Shown here piece by piece: positions 31,039 to 40,722 of a stretch of 64,000 nucleotides of DNA. Made by a program: the position numbers and the translations under genes. The notes beneath the pieces are model-generated. The model worked only from the letters and a program-made list of their open reading frames with translations, was not told where the DNA came from and did no database searches. Each line of letters opens with the position of its first letter. Position 1 is the stretch's first letter. Origin of the DNA: Myxococcota bacterium (GTDB lineage Bacteria; Myxococcota_A; SURF-8); NCBI GenBank assembly GCA_963674735.2, contig CAXXQS010000002.1, positions 1,056,001-1,120,000 of the forward strand, written 5' to 3'.

Positions 31039-32895
31039 ATGATCGGCCAACGCGTAGAGAAATATACGATTCGCGAAGAAATCGGCCAGGGCGGGATGGC
31101 CGTGGTCTATCGGGCGGAAGACAGCGTCTTGAAACGCGATGTGGCGATCAAGATCCTGCACCCGCATCTCATGCGCCAGGAGGCCGCCGTCGAACGTTTC
31201 CGCCGAGAAGCGGTGACCGTCGCCCGCCTGCAACACCCGAACATTATCGAAATCTACGATTACTCCGGCGAAAATTCGGCCCAGCTCTTCATCGTTACCG
31301 AGCTGATCGACGGCGTTACGCTGGCGGAATTCATGGCTTCGCGCGATCCGCTGCCCTGCGAGTTGGTGGCCTGCCTGGGCTTGGAGCTGTGCCAGGCACT
31401 CGACCACGCGCATAAACAAGGCATCGTGCATCGCGACCTCAAACCCGAAAACGTCATGATCCGACGCGACGGGAAGGTCAAGCTGATGGATTTCGGCATC
31501 GCCCGTGCCCTCGAAGGCGCGTCGATGACCATGACCGGATCGATCCTGGGATCGCCCGCCTTCATGTCGCCGGAGCACATTGCCGGAAAGGACGTAGACG
31601 CCCGCTCCGATCTCTTTTCGCTAGGCAGCATCTTATATTACATGGCAACCGGTGTTCTGCCGTTCTCCGGACGCAACCCGGCAGAAACATTAAAGAAAGT
31701 TTCAGAAAGTCGGGTGGCGCCGGCCCAGGCCGTCAATCCCACCATCAGCAATCGTTTCGGACGCATCCTGGATCGCCTGTTGCAAGTCGATCCAACCCAG
31801 CGCTATGCCTCGGCCTCCGATCTTTGCTGCGATCTGGAAGAATTGACGCGCCAGTCCGGTATCGTCCGGCCCGCCGAAGAAGTCCATCACCTGTTTGCCG
31901 ATCCCGACCACTATCCGGCGGTTTTCATTACCCGCATCATGGCCGATCTGGAAAAACAGGCCGAGGCTTCCCTGCGCAAAGCTCCGGCACTCGCCATGCA
32001 GCTTTACAACCGCTTGCTGGCTTTCGACCCCGAGAATACACTGGCCCAACGGCAACTCGACCGGCTGCTCAGTCGTCAACGCTGGCGCACGCGCGGTTCG
32101 CGGGCTCTGATCGCAACGGTGCTGCTGGCCGGACTGGCCGTGACCGTCTGGCTCCTGTTTCATCGCCTGGCGGATATGCCCAGCTCGGCACCGGAAACGG
32201 ATAACGAAGGAAAAGTCTCGGCGTCGTTCCCATCCGACTCCCCCGCACCGGAGGATCCTTCCGCAGCGGCAATCGATCCCACTCCAGCGGCCCGGAACCT
32301 CGCCCAGCGCACGCCACCCAAACCCAAGCCGGTCGTTTCCAAACGAATCGATCGCAAGCCGGCGACGGTGGTGAAACGCGAGGACAAACCCGGACTGCCT
32401 TCCACGTCCCCGGAGGCGCCGGTGGGTGATTTCACCGGCACCTTGAAAGTGGTGACGTCCCCCTGGGCCGATATTTACGTCGATGATCGCAAGGTGGGCA
32501 ACTCGCAGCTCGATGCCAACAAGCGCTACGAGCTGTCGGCCGGGCAGCATCGTATCCGGCTGATCAACCCGGCTTGCGAACCCGTAACGGAAACCGTCAC
32601 GGTCGAGCGAGCCGGCCAGATGGTGGAAATCCGGCGGCGGCTCAGTTTGCGTCCCGCCCTGCTGGACCTGAAAAACAGCCAATCCGCCATGGTGTTCATC
32701 GATGGTGAATTTCGCGGCCGTACGCCGCTGGCGGCCCCCTTGACGGTGCGTTGGGAGGAGCAGGTTTCCAGTCGACGTGTGATGGTCAGCTTGACCAAGG
32801 CCGGATTTCAACCCGTCAACCAAACCTTGACCATGACGGCCGGAAACACCACCCAGGTTGAACTTGAGCTGACACCGCAGGAGGGCGCACCATGA
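31039..32895 (+). CDS. Membrane Ser/Thr kinase with C-terminal PEGA-like domains
   Basis: IGQGGMAVVY, HRDLKPEN, DFG, GSPAFMSPE; TM helix; Pro-rich linker; PWADIYVD and FIDGEFRGRTP. Confidence 0.92.
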   Translation: MIGQRVEKYTIREEIGQGGMAVVYRAEDSVLKRDVAIKILHPHLMRQEAAVERFRREAVTVARLQHPNIIEIYDYSGENSAQLFIVTELIDGVTLAEFMASRDPLPCELVACLGLELCQALDHAHKQGIVHRDLKPENVMIRRDGKVKLMDFGIARALEGASMTMTGSILGSPAFMSPEHIAGKDVDARSDLFSLGSILYYMATGVLPFSGRNPAETLKKVSESRVAPAQAVNPTISNRFGRILDRLLQVDPTQRYASASDLCCDLEELTRQSGIVRPAEEVHHLFADPDHYPAVFITRIMADLEKQAEASLRKAPALAMQLYNRLLAFDPENTLAQRQLDRLLSRQRWRTRGSRALIATVLLAGLAVTVWLLFHRLADMPSSAPETDNEGKVSASFPSDSPAPEDPSAAAIDPTPAARNLAQRTPPKPKPVVSKRIDRKPATVVKREDKPGLPSTSPEAPVGDFTGTLKVVTSPWADIYVDDRKVGNSQLDANKRYELSAGQHRIRLINPACEPVTETVTVERAGQMVEIRRRLSLRPALLDLKNSQSAMVFIDGEFRGRTPLAAPLTVRWEEQVSSRRVMVSLTKAGFQPVNQTLTMTAGNTTQVELELTPQEGAP

Positions 32896-33872
32896 GCCGT
32901 GTCGTCCTGCTGGTTTGTTTGTGGGGGATACTGGTTGTCTCGACCGATACCGCGTTTGCGCAGACACCGGCGGAGACAAGCGCCGAGGCCGCTCCTCAGC
33001 CGGAAAACCCCACAGCCGAAACACGGCCCGCGCCGCCTCCCTCTGCCGAGGACCAGCCCGTTCCATCCGATACGACGGGACGCGATTTGGTCGAGCGCGG
33101 GCGTAACCTGTTCGAATACGGCGATTATCCTTCCGTAATCAAAGTTCTGCGTTACGGCTTGGAAAACAACCGCTTCAACGACGAAGAGCTGCTGGAAGCG
33201 CATCGGCTGCTGGGCGTGGTCTATCTGATCCTGCAAAAGCGCGACCAGGCACGCGAACACTTTCTCATCCTGCTCACCCGCGAACCGGATTACGAACTCG
33301 ACCCGCTATACGTGCCTCCCATCATTATCGATTTCTTCGAGACAACGCGCGAGGAAAATAAAGACCTGCTCGATGCCATCCGCGCCCGCCGTCTGGGTGA
33401 AGGGGAAGCCCGCAAACCGTTGGAAACGACGACGGTCGTTCACAATGTCAATCCCTACTACATCAATTTCATTCCCTTCGGCGCGGGGCAGTTCCAAAAC
33501 GGCGAGCCGGTCAAGGGCACGCTGTTTCTGGTGGGTCAGACGGTGGCGTTGGCCCTCAACGTAAGCGGCTATTTCATGTCGATCAGCCTGGAGGGGTCGG
33601 ACGGCCTCTATTCCAAAGGAGATTCCAATACGGCGCGCAACTGGCGCATCGTGCAGTACAGCGCCTTGGGTGCGCTCTCGGCCCTGGTGATCGGTGGCGT
33701 GGTGGACGCCCTCGTCAACTATGAACCGTATACCGTGGAGGAACCGGAGACATCCGAAGAACCGGAGGTGACGAGTACACAACCGGCCGAACCGACCGCC
33801 GATACCGAACCCTTGGGCGAGACTCCCAAACCAGACGCCTCCGATCGTGACGGCGCTCTCGATAACGACTGA
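32892..33872 (+). CDS. Exported TPR-like protein with C-terminal membrane segments
   Basis: Signal peptide; AHRLLGVVY..AREHF..PDYELDP TPR-like; FIPFGAGQFQNG plus TMs; ATGA overlap with the kinase. Confidence 0.65.
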   Translation: MSRVVLLVCLWGILVVSTDTAFAQTPAETSAEAAPQPENPTAETRPAPPPSAEDQPVPSDTTGRDLVERGRNLFEYGDYPSVIKVLRYGLENNRFNDEELLEAHRLLGVVYLILQKRDQAREHFLILLTREPDYELDPLYVPPIIIDFFETTREENKDLLDAIRARRLGEGEARKPLETTTVVHNVNPYYINFIPFGAGQFQNGEPVKGTLFLVGQTVALALNVSGYFMSISLEGSDGLYSKGDSNTARNWRIVQYSALGALSALVIGGVVDALVNYEPYTVEEPETSEEPEVTSTQPAEPTADTEPLGETPKPDASDRDGALDND

Positions 33873-33887
33873 AAGCGAAGGATTGTC

Positions 33888-35672
33888 ATGGCTAGCCTGC
33901 ATTTCATATCGAACCTGCCCAACAGCCCCCAACAGGTGCGGCTGTTCAAAAAGGTGACCACCCTCGGACGTGACAACACCAACGACATCCCCGTTGATGA
34001 TGCCACGGTGGACGACAACCACGCCTATATCGTGTTCGACGGCAAACACTACACGTTGTCCGGGGTGGGCAAGAAAAACGTGGTCATCATCAACGGCCGC
34101 CGCGAGAAAAACTACTCGCTCACCCATAAAGACGTGGTGACGTTAGGCGAGATTTCCTTCACCTTCGATCTGTTCGATGAAATCGGCGGCACCGAGCAAG
34201 ACACCCTGCAAGTCGAACTGGCCGCTCTGCGCAAGCTGTATCAGTTTACCGAAAAGTTGATTATCGGAACGACTATCGAGGATCTGCTCAACAGCTTGAT
34301 CGATGCCGTCATCGACGTAACCGGAGCCGATAGCGGGTTTTTGATTTTGCGCCGGGAAGACCACGCATTGGATGTAACCGTGGCGCGCAACCTCAACCAG
34401 CAAACCATCGAAAACGCCATCAGCTATGTCTCCGATTCCATCATTTCGCGGGTCATTCAATCGCGCAAATCGGTGATCGTCTCCGATGCTCTCAACGACG
34501 AAGCCTTCAAAAATTCCGCCTCGGTCATGAATCTGAAGCTGTCGTCGGTCATGTGCGTGCCGCTGATTGCGCGCGGCAACCTGCTGGGCATTCTGTATGT
34601 CGGCAACAACAACGTCATCAGCCTGTTCACCCCCGACAAGCTGCAATTGCTGGAGATATTCGCCGCTCAGGCCTCGCTCTTGATACAAAACGCCCTGCTC
34701 ATCAGCGAACTCAAATTGGACCGCGAAGAATTGATGGAGACCATCGATAAATTGCGCTTCGGTTCCATGATCGGGTCATCGACGCTCATGCGGGATATCT
34801 TCCGCAAGATCGAGAAGGTGGCACATGTGGATATCCCGGTGTTGATTCAAGGTGAAACCGGCACCGGCAAGGAACTGGTGGCGCGCGAGCTGCACAATAA
34901 ATCGCCGCGCAAAGACGGCCCCTTCGTCGTCATCAATTGTGGAGCCATCCCGCGCGAACTCCTGGAAAGCGAGTTGTTCGGACATGTCAAAGGTGCGTTT
35001 ACCGGTGCCGTGACCAACAATCCGGGCAAATTTCGCGCGGCCAGCGGCGGCACGTTGTTTCTCGATGAAATCGGCGACATGCCCGTCGATCTGCAAGTGA
35101 AACTTCTACGCGCATTGGAAGACCGCAAAGTGGTTTCGGTCGGAGCCACTCACCCCGACGAAGTCGACATCCGTATCATTGCCGCCACCAACAAGCCGCT
35201 CGAAAAAGCCATTCAGGATGGCCAATTCCGCGAAGATTTGTTTTACCGGCTCAACGTCATCACACTCTGGCTGCCGCCGCTGCGTGATCGTGAAGGCGAT
35301 GTGGTATTGATCGCCAAGTATTTCCTGAATCGTTATACGGCGGAATACGGACGCAAAATCAAAGGGCTGTCATCACGCGCGCTCGATCTGGTCAGACGCC
35401 ACAGCTGGCCGGGAAACGTGCGCGAGCTGGAAAACCGCATTAAAAAGGCGGTGGTCATGGCCGATCACAACTTGATTGAAGCCGAAGACCTCGATTTGGA
35501 CGCCAATGAGTTGACGCCCATCAAGCCGCTGGCGGTCGCGCGCGAAGAATTCCAGATGCAGTATATCCTGGAGGCGCTCAAGCGCAACAACGGCAACCGC
35601 ACCAAAACGGCCCAGATGTTGGATGTAGACCCGCGCACCATCTTCCGATATTTAGAAAAAATGGGGGATTAG
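33888..35672 (+). CDS. Sigma54-dependent activator (FHA-GAF-AAA-Fis HTH)
   Basis: N-terminal LGRD FHA-like; GAF SVMCVPL; GETGTGKE, GAFTGA, WPGNVRELEN, HTH. Confidence 0.95.
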   Translation: MASLHFISNLPNSPQQVRLFKKVTTLGRDNTNDIPVDDATVDDNHAYIVFDGKHYTLSGVGKKNVVIINGRREKNYSLTHKDVVTLGEISFTFDLFDEIGGTEQDTLQVELAALRKLYQFTEKLIIGTTIEDLLNSLIDAVIDVTGADSGFLILRREDHALDVTVARNLNQQTIENAISYVSDSIISRVIQSRKSVIVSDALNDEAFKNSASVMNLKLSSVMCVPLIARGNLLGILYVGNNNVISLFTPDKLQLLEIFAAQASLLIQNALLISELKLDREELMETIDKLRFGSMIGSSTLMRDIFRKIEKVAHVDIPVLIQGETGTGKELVARELHNKSPRKDGPFVVINCGAIPRELLESELFGHVKGAFTGAVTNNPGKFRAASGGTLFLDEIGDMPVDLQVKLLRALEDRKVVSVGATHPDEVDIRIIAATNKPLEKAIQDGQFREDLFYRLNVITLWLPPLRDREGDVVLIAKYFLNRYTAEYGRKIKGLSSRALDLVRRHSWPGNVRELENRIKKAVVMADHNLIEAEDLDLDANELTPIKPLAVAREEFQMQYILEALKRNNGNRTKTAQMLDVDPRTIFRYLEKMGD

Positions 35673-35673
35673 C

Positions 35674-35689
35674 CCGACATTAATGTCGG
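35674..35689. promoter_or_regulatory. Perfect 16-bp palindrome, candidate enhancer site
   Basis: CCGACATTAATGTCGG, about 85 bp upstream of a -24/-12 motif. Confidence 0.45.
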
Positions 35690-35772
35690 TTTTCGATTGG
35701 AGTTTATCGTAAAGATGCAAAAACGGGTGGTCAAAACAATTGAAATGCCAACACTTTCCTTAGGGAAAGCGT

Positions 35773-35789
35773 TTGGCACCGTTTTTGCT
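35773..35789 (+). promoter_or_regulatory. Sigma54 -24/-12 promoter candidate
   Basis: TTGGCACCGTTTTTGCT = GG-N10-GC with near-consensus flanks. Confidence 0.6.
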
Positions 35790-36365
35790 ATGTTCAAGAA
35801 GCAGGTCTTTGGTATCTGTGTCGCTTTTGCCATGCTCGTTCCGGGACTTATCGCTTGTGTGGTTCCGGCTGACATCGATGAGCGTCCCCCGGCCGATCAG
35901 GACATCGTGGAAACCGAAGAAGACGGTTTCGATTATGTCCTGAAAATTGCCAGCGCGGGACCGTCGCCGGGACGCGTGATCCTGCCTGCCGCCTGTCCCT
36001 CATGGAGTTTCTGGGTGCAATTGCAGGAAGAAGTGGACCCCGACGACATCGCCCGACGCATCGGATTGACGGCTCGCTGGTTCCTCGATTACACCGAGGA
36101 AGATCCGAACATCATCGAAGACAGCAAGGCCTCCAGCTATCACGATGCCGTGATCAATCCCAGCGCCTTGTGGGAAGAAAGCGGCCAGGATGACGAGCGT
36201 GTGTATGTGTTGGAAGTTTTGGTGAGCGATTTGGGCTTCGGTTCGATCGAAGATACGCCGCGTGGTAAAAAACTGCGCGAGAGCGCACAGACGGATTCGC
36301 GTTTATGGGTGATTCAGATCACCGACAAAATCCCGGTGGACAATCCGGACGAGCAATGTCAATGA
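35790..36365 (+). CDS. Hypothetical acidic lipoprotein
   Basis: MFKKQVFGICVAFAMLVPGLIAC signal/lipobox; start uncertain. Confidence 0.65.
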   Translation: MFKKQVFGICVAFAMLVPGLIACVVPADIDERPPADQDIVETEEDGFDYVLKIASAGPSPGRVILPAACPSWSFWVQLQEEVDPDDIARRIGLTARWFLDYTEEDPNIIEDSKASSYHDAVINPSALWEESGQDDERVYVLEVLVSDLGFGSIEDTPRGKKLRESAQTDSRLWVIQITDKIPVDNPDEQCQ

Positions 36366-37996
36366 AACAGACTGTGAACACCATCATCGATTTCCGCAAT
36401 AGCTTGGCCCTATGGGTCATGCTGGTTCTGTTTATCCCGCTTTGGGCGGGTTGCCTGGGCGATAGTGCGCAAAGCGAAGCAATGAACGACTCCTCCGCCG
36501 ACGGCGATACCCCCGCCGACGGCGATACAATGGCCGATGGCGATCTCAATGGCGTCGTGTCGATCGAAGTGGTGCCCAACCCCGAATCGGGTTTACCGAC
36601 CCAACAGTTTCTGGATATCGACCTGGATACCTTCGACGGCCGCTTGACGCTGGTTCCGGCCGTGCGTTTTTCGGGTGAAGTGCGCGACCCCGACAATCTC
36701 CCGGCCGGAGCGACGGTAACCTTGATCCCGGCCGAATCCACCGAAATGATCATCGGTCATCCGCTTCCCAGCCTCTCCGCCACTACGACCGAAGGCGAAA
36801 TGCGGAGACTGGCTCAGGCCGACAGTCCGGCTCAGGCCTTCACCTTATCGGGAACGCCGGCTCTTTACTCTCTCTATATTTTCCCCAGCGACGAAACCAG
36901 TTGGCCACCCGTCATCCGCCATGATCTGATCGATCTGACGGACGGAACGGCGGTCAACGATGTGTTCTCTTTTGAACGGGGACTGAGTGTGCAAGGGCGG
37001 GTGGTGAACGCCGACGGCGAAGGGCTGTCCGAGGTGCGTGTCACCGCATACGATGTGGATGTCTGGAAACGTGCGAACGTGGTATATAGCGATGGCAACG
37101 GGTATTTCACGCTACGCCTGAGCACCGACGATGGCAACTACCTGTTGGAATACGGCGGGGAACAATATCCGAAAATTCAACTCGAAAACGCCGTAACCGT
37201 ATCCGGCAAAGCAATCGAACAACTATCGCCGAACAACGGTCACAACGAATGGGAAGTCGCCTTCACACCGTTTCACGGCGGGATCTGTCGAAGCTCCGGC
37301 CAAGTGGTGGGTGGTGACGACGCGGGGGTGGCGAAGGCCAAACTCAACTTCTCGGCCCTCATCGGCGGTGGCGAATTCGAAACGGGAACAACGGCGGATG
37401 ATGAGGGCCGCTTTACCCTCGACCTGTTGCGAACCTGGACGGACATCACCACCGATACCTACCGCGTAACCGTGGTTCCACCGACGGACAATGCCTTCGG
37501 AATCGCCGAGTTCACCTTGGATTGCGACTCGGAATCCGTAACGGATGTCGAATACAAGCTTGGAAACCGTTTGCTGCTTTCAGGAGTGGTGAAAGACGGT
37601 AGCGGACGACCGGTCGCCGATACGGTCGTGGACGTTCAGAAAAAACCGACCGTCGACGATTCCATCGCCTATGTGAAATCCACCACCAGCGATTCCAACG
37701 GCCGTTATGAAGTAGCGGTAGACCCGGGCATTTACGATCTCGTCTTCAAGCCGCCCATGGAATCCGGCCTGGCACGCTCGGAATTACGGGGCCTGCAAAC
37801 CTCCACCGATGCCACCATCGATCAGGTCTTGGCGCAGGGACAACGATTGACGGGCCAGGTGGTGGACATCGAGGGCGAAGCGGCTCCCTGGTCCTTGATA
37901 CAGGTCTATCGCGAACGCCCCACCTCAGGCTTGTCCGAATTGATCGGTTCCGGCTCATGCGACGCAACGGGCAACTACGAACTCATCCTGCCGTAA
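36362..37996 (+). CDS. Lipoprotein with repeated carboxypeptidase-regulatory-like beta-sandwich domains
   Basis: WAGC lipobox; repeated G-x-V..G.P..V..SD.NG.Y/F motifs. Confidence 0.75.
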   Translation: MKQTVNTIIDFRNSLALWVMLVLFIPLWAGCLGDSAQSEAMNDSSADGDTPADGDTMADGDLNGVVSIEVVPNPESGLPTQQFLDIDLDTFDGRLTLVPAVRFSGEVRDPDNLPAGATVTLIPAESTEMIIGHPLPSLSATTTEGEMRRLAQADSPAQAFTLSGTPALYSLYIFPSDETSWPPVIRHDLIDLTDGTAVNDVFSFERGLSVQGRVVNADGEGLSEVRVTAYDVDVWKRANVVYSDGNGYFTLRLSTDDGNYLLEYGGEQYPKIQLENAVTVSGKAIEQLSPNNGHNEWEVAFTPFHGGICRSSGQVVGGDDAGVAKAKLNFSALIGGGEFETGTTADDEGRFTLDLLRTWTDITTDTYRVTVVPPTDNAFGIAEFTLDCDSESVTDVEYKLGNRLLLSGVVKDGSGRPVADTVVDVQKKPTVDDSIAYVKSTTSDSNGRYEVAVDPGIYDLVFKPPMESGLARSELRGLQTSTDATIDQVLAQGQRLTGQVVDIEGEAAPWSLIQVYRERPTSGLSELIGSGSCDATGNYELILP

Positions 37997-38002
37997 TCGC
38001 TT

Positions 38003-38227
38003 TCACGGCTTCTGAAGCAAGCGTTTCACATCTTCTCGGATGATCCGCAAATCCTCGCGAATGTCACTCATCTGGCGGCATAAATCGGATTGCAGATCGG
38101 CGACGCGCACGTCGGTATAAAGTTGCATATCTCGGTAAAGTCCGAAACCGGCGGCCGTGAGGCTCATCATCAGTGTAACGGCGATCCAGATCCACCCGCG
38201 CCACTCAGCCAGCTCTTTTAAAGTCAT
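38003..38227 (-). CDS. Small single-TM coiled-coil protein, possible holin-like
   Basis: One hydrophobic helix then an amphipathic tail; last gene of the cluster; function inferred from position only. Confidence 0.4.
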   Translation of the reverse strand: MTLKELAEWRGWIWIAVTLMMSLTAAGFGLYRDMQLYTDVRVADLQSDLCRQMSDIREDLRIIREDVKRLLQKP

Positions 38228-38262
38228 CGCGCTTCCTTTCGCGTCGAAGGCCATGGGCATCA

Positions 38263-38985
38263 CTAAACGCTACTGATAGCCAGGCAGGGACCGGTCAACT
38301 CGCCATCTTGAATTTCGATAACCGTCTCCGGCGGTGCCCACAAACGCAATCCCCAATACCAAGGCGTTGACGGCAGAGCGCCACGGATATAAGGGACTTC
38401 TTGCAGACCCATCACAAGCTCCACCACCGTCCACGTGGGTTGGTCCACCCATTGATCGGTTCCACGCCCGATCATATGTGCGCCTTCGGCATCGGCATAC
38501 ACCGCCGCATAAAGCCGCGCGGGGTCGGATCCCGCCGTTTGGCGCACCTGCACGCGCGTGCGTAAAAACACGGCATAATCATGTGGGACGAAAGGCTGTG
38601 CAATCGCTTTGCGCCAGTTCCATCCGGCATCCGCTTCAATGGCGGTACCCGTATGGAAGTCGTTGACCACCGCCGGAACCGGCACGTCTTTTCCGTCCCC
38701 CGCGACAATGATCGGCGAACCGAAGTCGGGAGCGCTTTGGAATACACCCCGATTCTGGTTGACGATCACCGGAAGCCTTCTCCCGCGCCCCTTACCGGTG
38801 TGGTCGAACTGGCAGCGATTGGTTCGCATATTCGCGCCGGGAACCGGGCGGGCCATGTACCCTTCATAGAGCCAGGCACCATTTCCAACGAAGGCCTGGG
38901 CCAGATCGGCCGTAACGGCTTTGCCGTTTTTCAACGTCTCTTCGGGTAAGCTGCGAAAGGCGGGAGGAACGATCATCTGCGACAT
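38263..38985 (-). CDS. Putative tail fibre/tip-associated protein
   Basis: AAGGAGG RBS; position after hub; N-terminus similar to the two upstream ORFs. Confidence 0.5.
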   Translation of the reverse strand: MSQMIVPPAFRSLPEETLKNGKAVTADLAQAFVGNGAWLYEGYMARPVPGANMRTNRCQFDHTGKGRGRRLPVIVNQNRGVFQSAPDFGSPIIVAGDGKDVPVPAVVNDFHTGTAIEADAGWNWRKAIAQPFVPHDYAVFLRTRVQVRQTAGSDPARLYAAVYADAEGAHMIGRGTDQWVDQPTWTVVELVMGLQEVPYIRGALPSTPWYWGLRLWAPPETVIEIQDGELTGPCLAISSV

Positions 38986-38997
38986 TCTGTGCCTCCT

Positions 38998-39981
38998 TTA
39001 CAGATGTGAGAAATAGGCGATGGTTACCGGTCGCGGTGTTTTCTTTTCACGTTTGAACCACAAACAGGCATCCTCCGGCCCCAAGGTAACCGGCAACAGC
39101 TGCAACAGATCGCCATTGAAAGTCAGATCGACCTTGAAAGAGTGAACGCCTTCCTCGAACGTGCGCAGGTCCAGGCTCAATGCATACCAGATCGGCTGCC
39201 GACTCCCGGTGGGATAGAGTGTTTGCCAATCACCGTTGAGATCGCCACTCGAAAGCCGTATTTTAAAGGCCCAAACCGCATCGTTGTCGGTGGGTAAGGA
39301 TAGCAGTCGCTCTCCGTCCGCCATGGAAGCAGACAAACTGCAGGCGGCGGGAATCAGTAATGTGAGACGGCGCGCCCAAGCGGGAACGAAAAGGTTTAGT
39401 GCTTTTTCGCCACGGACGCCGTACGCCCGCACAACCGTTCCACCGCCCGGAACGAGCGGCAGCGGATCCCAGAGGCTGACCATCGTAGCCTCGACATCCG
39501 AATTGTAACACGCATTTTTATAGAGAAAACGTCCGTTGATGGCCGTATCGTTAAGCGTAAGATACTGGCCATCCTGAAAATAGGCGGCGACGTTGCCGTC
39601 AAGCCATAAACGATAGCGACTATCGGTGAGAGAGCCGTTCACCACCGGATGAGGAGCCACACCGACCTGCAAATAAATGCTGGTATCGCTACTGGAAAAG
39701 AAACGTGAGAACGGCACGGCGTTGGCAGCGCCGTTGACGAAATGCCGCGCCGGTTGACCGGCAATCTGGGCCGTCCACAGCGGAATGGTCGGGCCTCCAT
39801 GCGCACCGTGATCGTGGCTCACGACCGCATTCGCGCCACCCGGCAGATCGTCTCCCGTGGCGAGCTTGAAAAGGTAGTTCAAATTTTCGGCCGCCGCGCT
39901 GAAATCCTGCGCTAAAATCGGCCGGTCGGTTTGCAAGGCCAACGGATCGACCGTATTGAAGGTATGGTCATGAATCGTCAT
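38998..39981 (-). CDS. Putative tail fibre/tip-associated protein
   Basis: HDHG motif; beta-rich; ATGA coupling to the upstream ORF. Confidence 0.5.
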   Translation of the reverse strand: MTIHDHTFNTVDPLALQTDRPILAQDFSAAAENLNYLFKLATGDDLPGGANAVVSHDHGAHGGPTIPLWTAQIAGQPARHFVNGAANAVPFSRFFSSSDTSIYLQVGVAPHPVVNGSLTDSRYRLWLDGNVAAYFQDGQYLTLNDTAINGRFLYKNACYNSDVEATMVSLWDPLPLVPGGGTVVRAYGVRGEKALNLFVPAWARRLTLLIPAACSLSASMADGERLLSLPTDNDAVWAFKIRLSSGDLNGDWQTLYPTGSRQPIWYALSLDLRTFEEGVHSFKVDLTFNGDLLQLLPVTLGPEDACLWFKREKKTPRPVTIAYFSHL

Positions 39982-40691
39982 ACTGTTTCTCCGATCAATA
40001 AACCCGAGCCATCAAGCACGTGGCCCGAAACCGGTTTGAAAACCGATTCGGCGTCCGCGATCTGTGCGACCTGCCCTGCCGTGTCGCTGCGCAACCACAA
40101 TTTGAGTGAACACCAGCCGCTGAAGGCCGCCAGATTGGCGATGGGCAGGTTGAAAGTCACCGCCGTCCAGCCGGTAGCGGACGTGCTTTGCTCATCCGCA
40201 ACCAATTCCGCTCCGTCGCGCCACACCGAGAGACGAGCAATCGCCGACGCTCCCCCTTCCGCTTTCAGAAGGACCGGGAATACGAGTTCGGTGTATTGGC
40301 GGTCGAGATAAATTTCCTGAATAGCGCGCGCCAGCTTCAAGCCCGCCGATTCTTCGCCCGTCGCACCGGGTCCACCCGTGTTGGCCATCTCCCACAACAC
40401 GGGCATATAAGAGATGCTCGACGAGGACTGAGCATAGAGATGGCCCAAACGAAAGCTGCCGTGACGAGAGAGATACACGCCATCCAGGGCGTCACGCCCA
40501 TGGGCGTGACCGGATTGCGTCGCCGTAGCGTTTCCCGAAACCGGCCGATCCGTAAGATGTTCGTAAAAAGCGGCCCCGGTTTGGGCGAACCAATACGCCA
40601 CATCGGCGCTGAGGGGCGCATTGTCAGCCACTTCCTCGGTGTGCATTCCGCGCAGCGTATCGCATGGCGCACACAAAATCGGATTGCTCAT
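39978..40691 (-). CDS. Putative tail fibre/tip-associated protein
   Basis: GHAHG motif; position directly after the large tail protein. Confidence 0.5.
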   Translation of the reverse strand: MSNPILCAPCDTLRGMHTEEVADNAPLSADVAYWFAQTGAAFYEHLTDRPVSGNATATQSGHAHGRDALDGVYLSRHGSFRLGHLYAQSSSSISYMPVLWEMANTGGPGATGEESAGLKLARAIQEIYLDRQYTELVFPVLLKAEGGASAIARLSVWRDGAELVADEQSTSATGWTAVTFNLPIANLAAFSGWCSLKLWLRSDTAGQVAQIADAESVFKPVSGHVLDGSGLLIGETV

Positions 40692-40722
40692 GTTCTATCC
40701 TGTTTTGATCGGTTGAAAGGTA

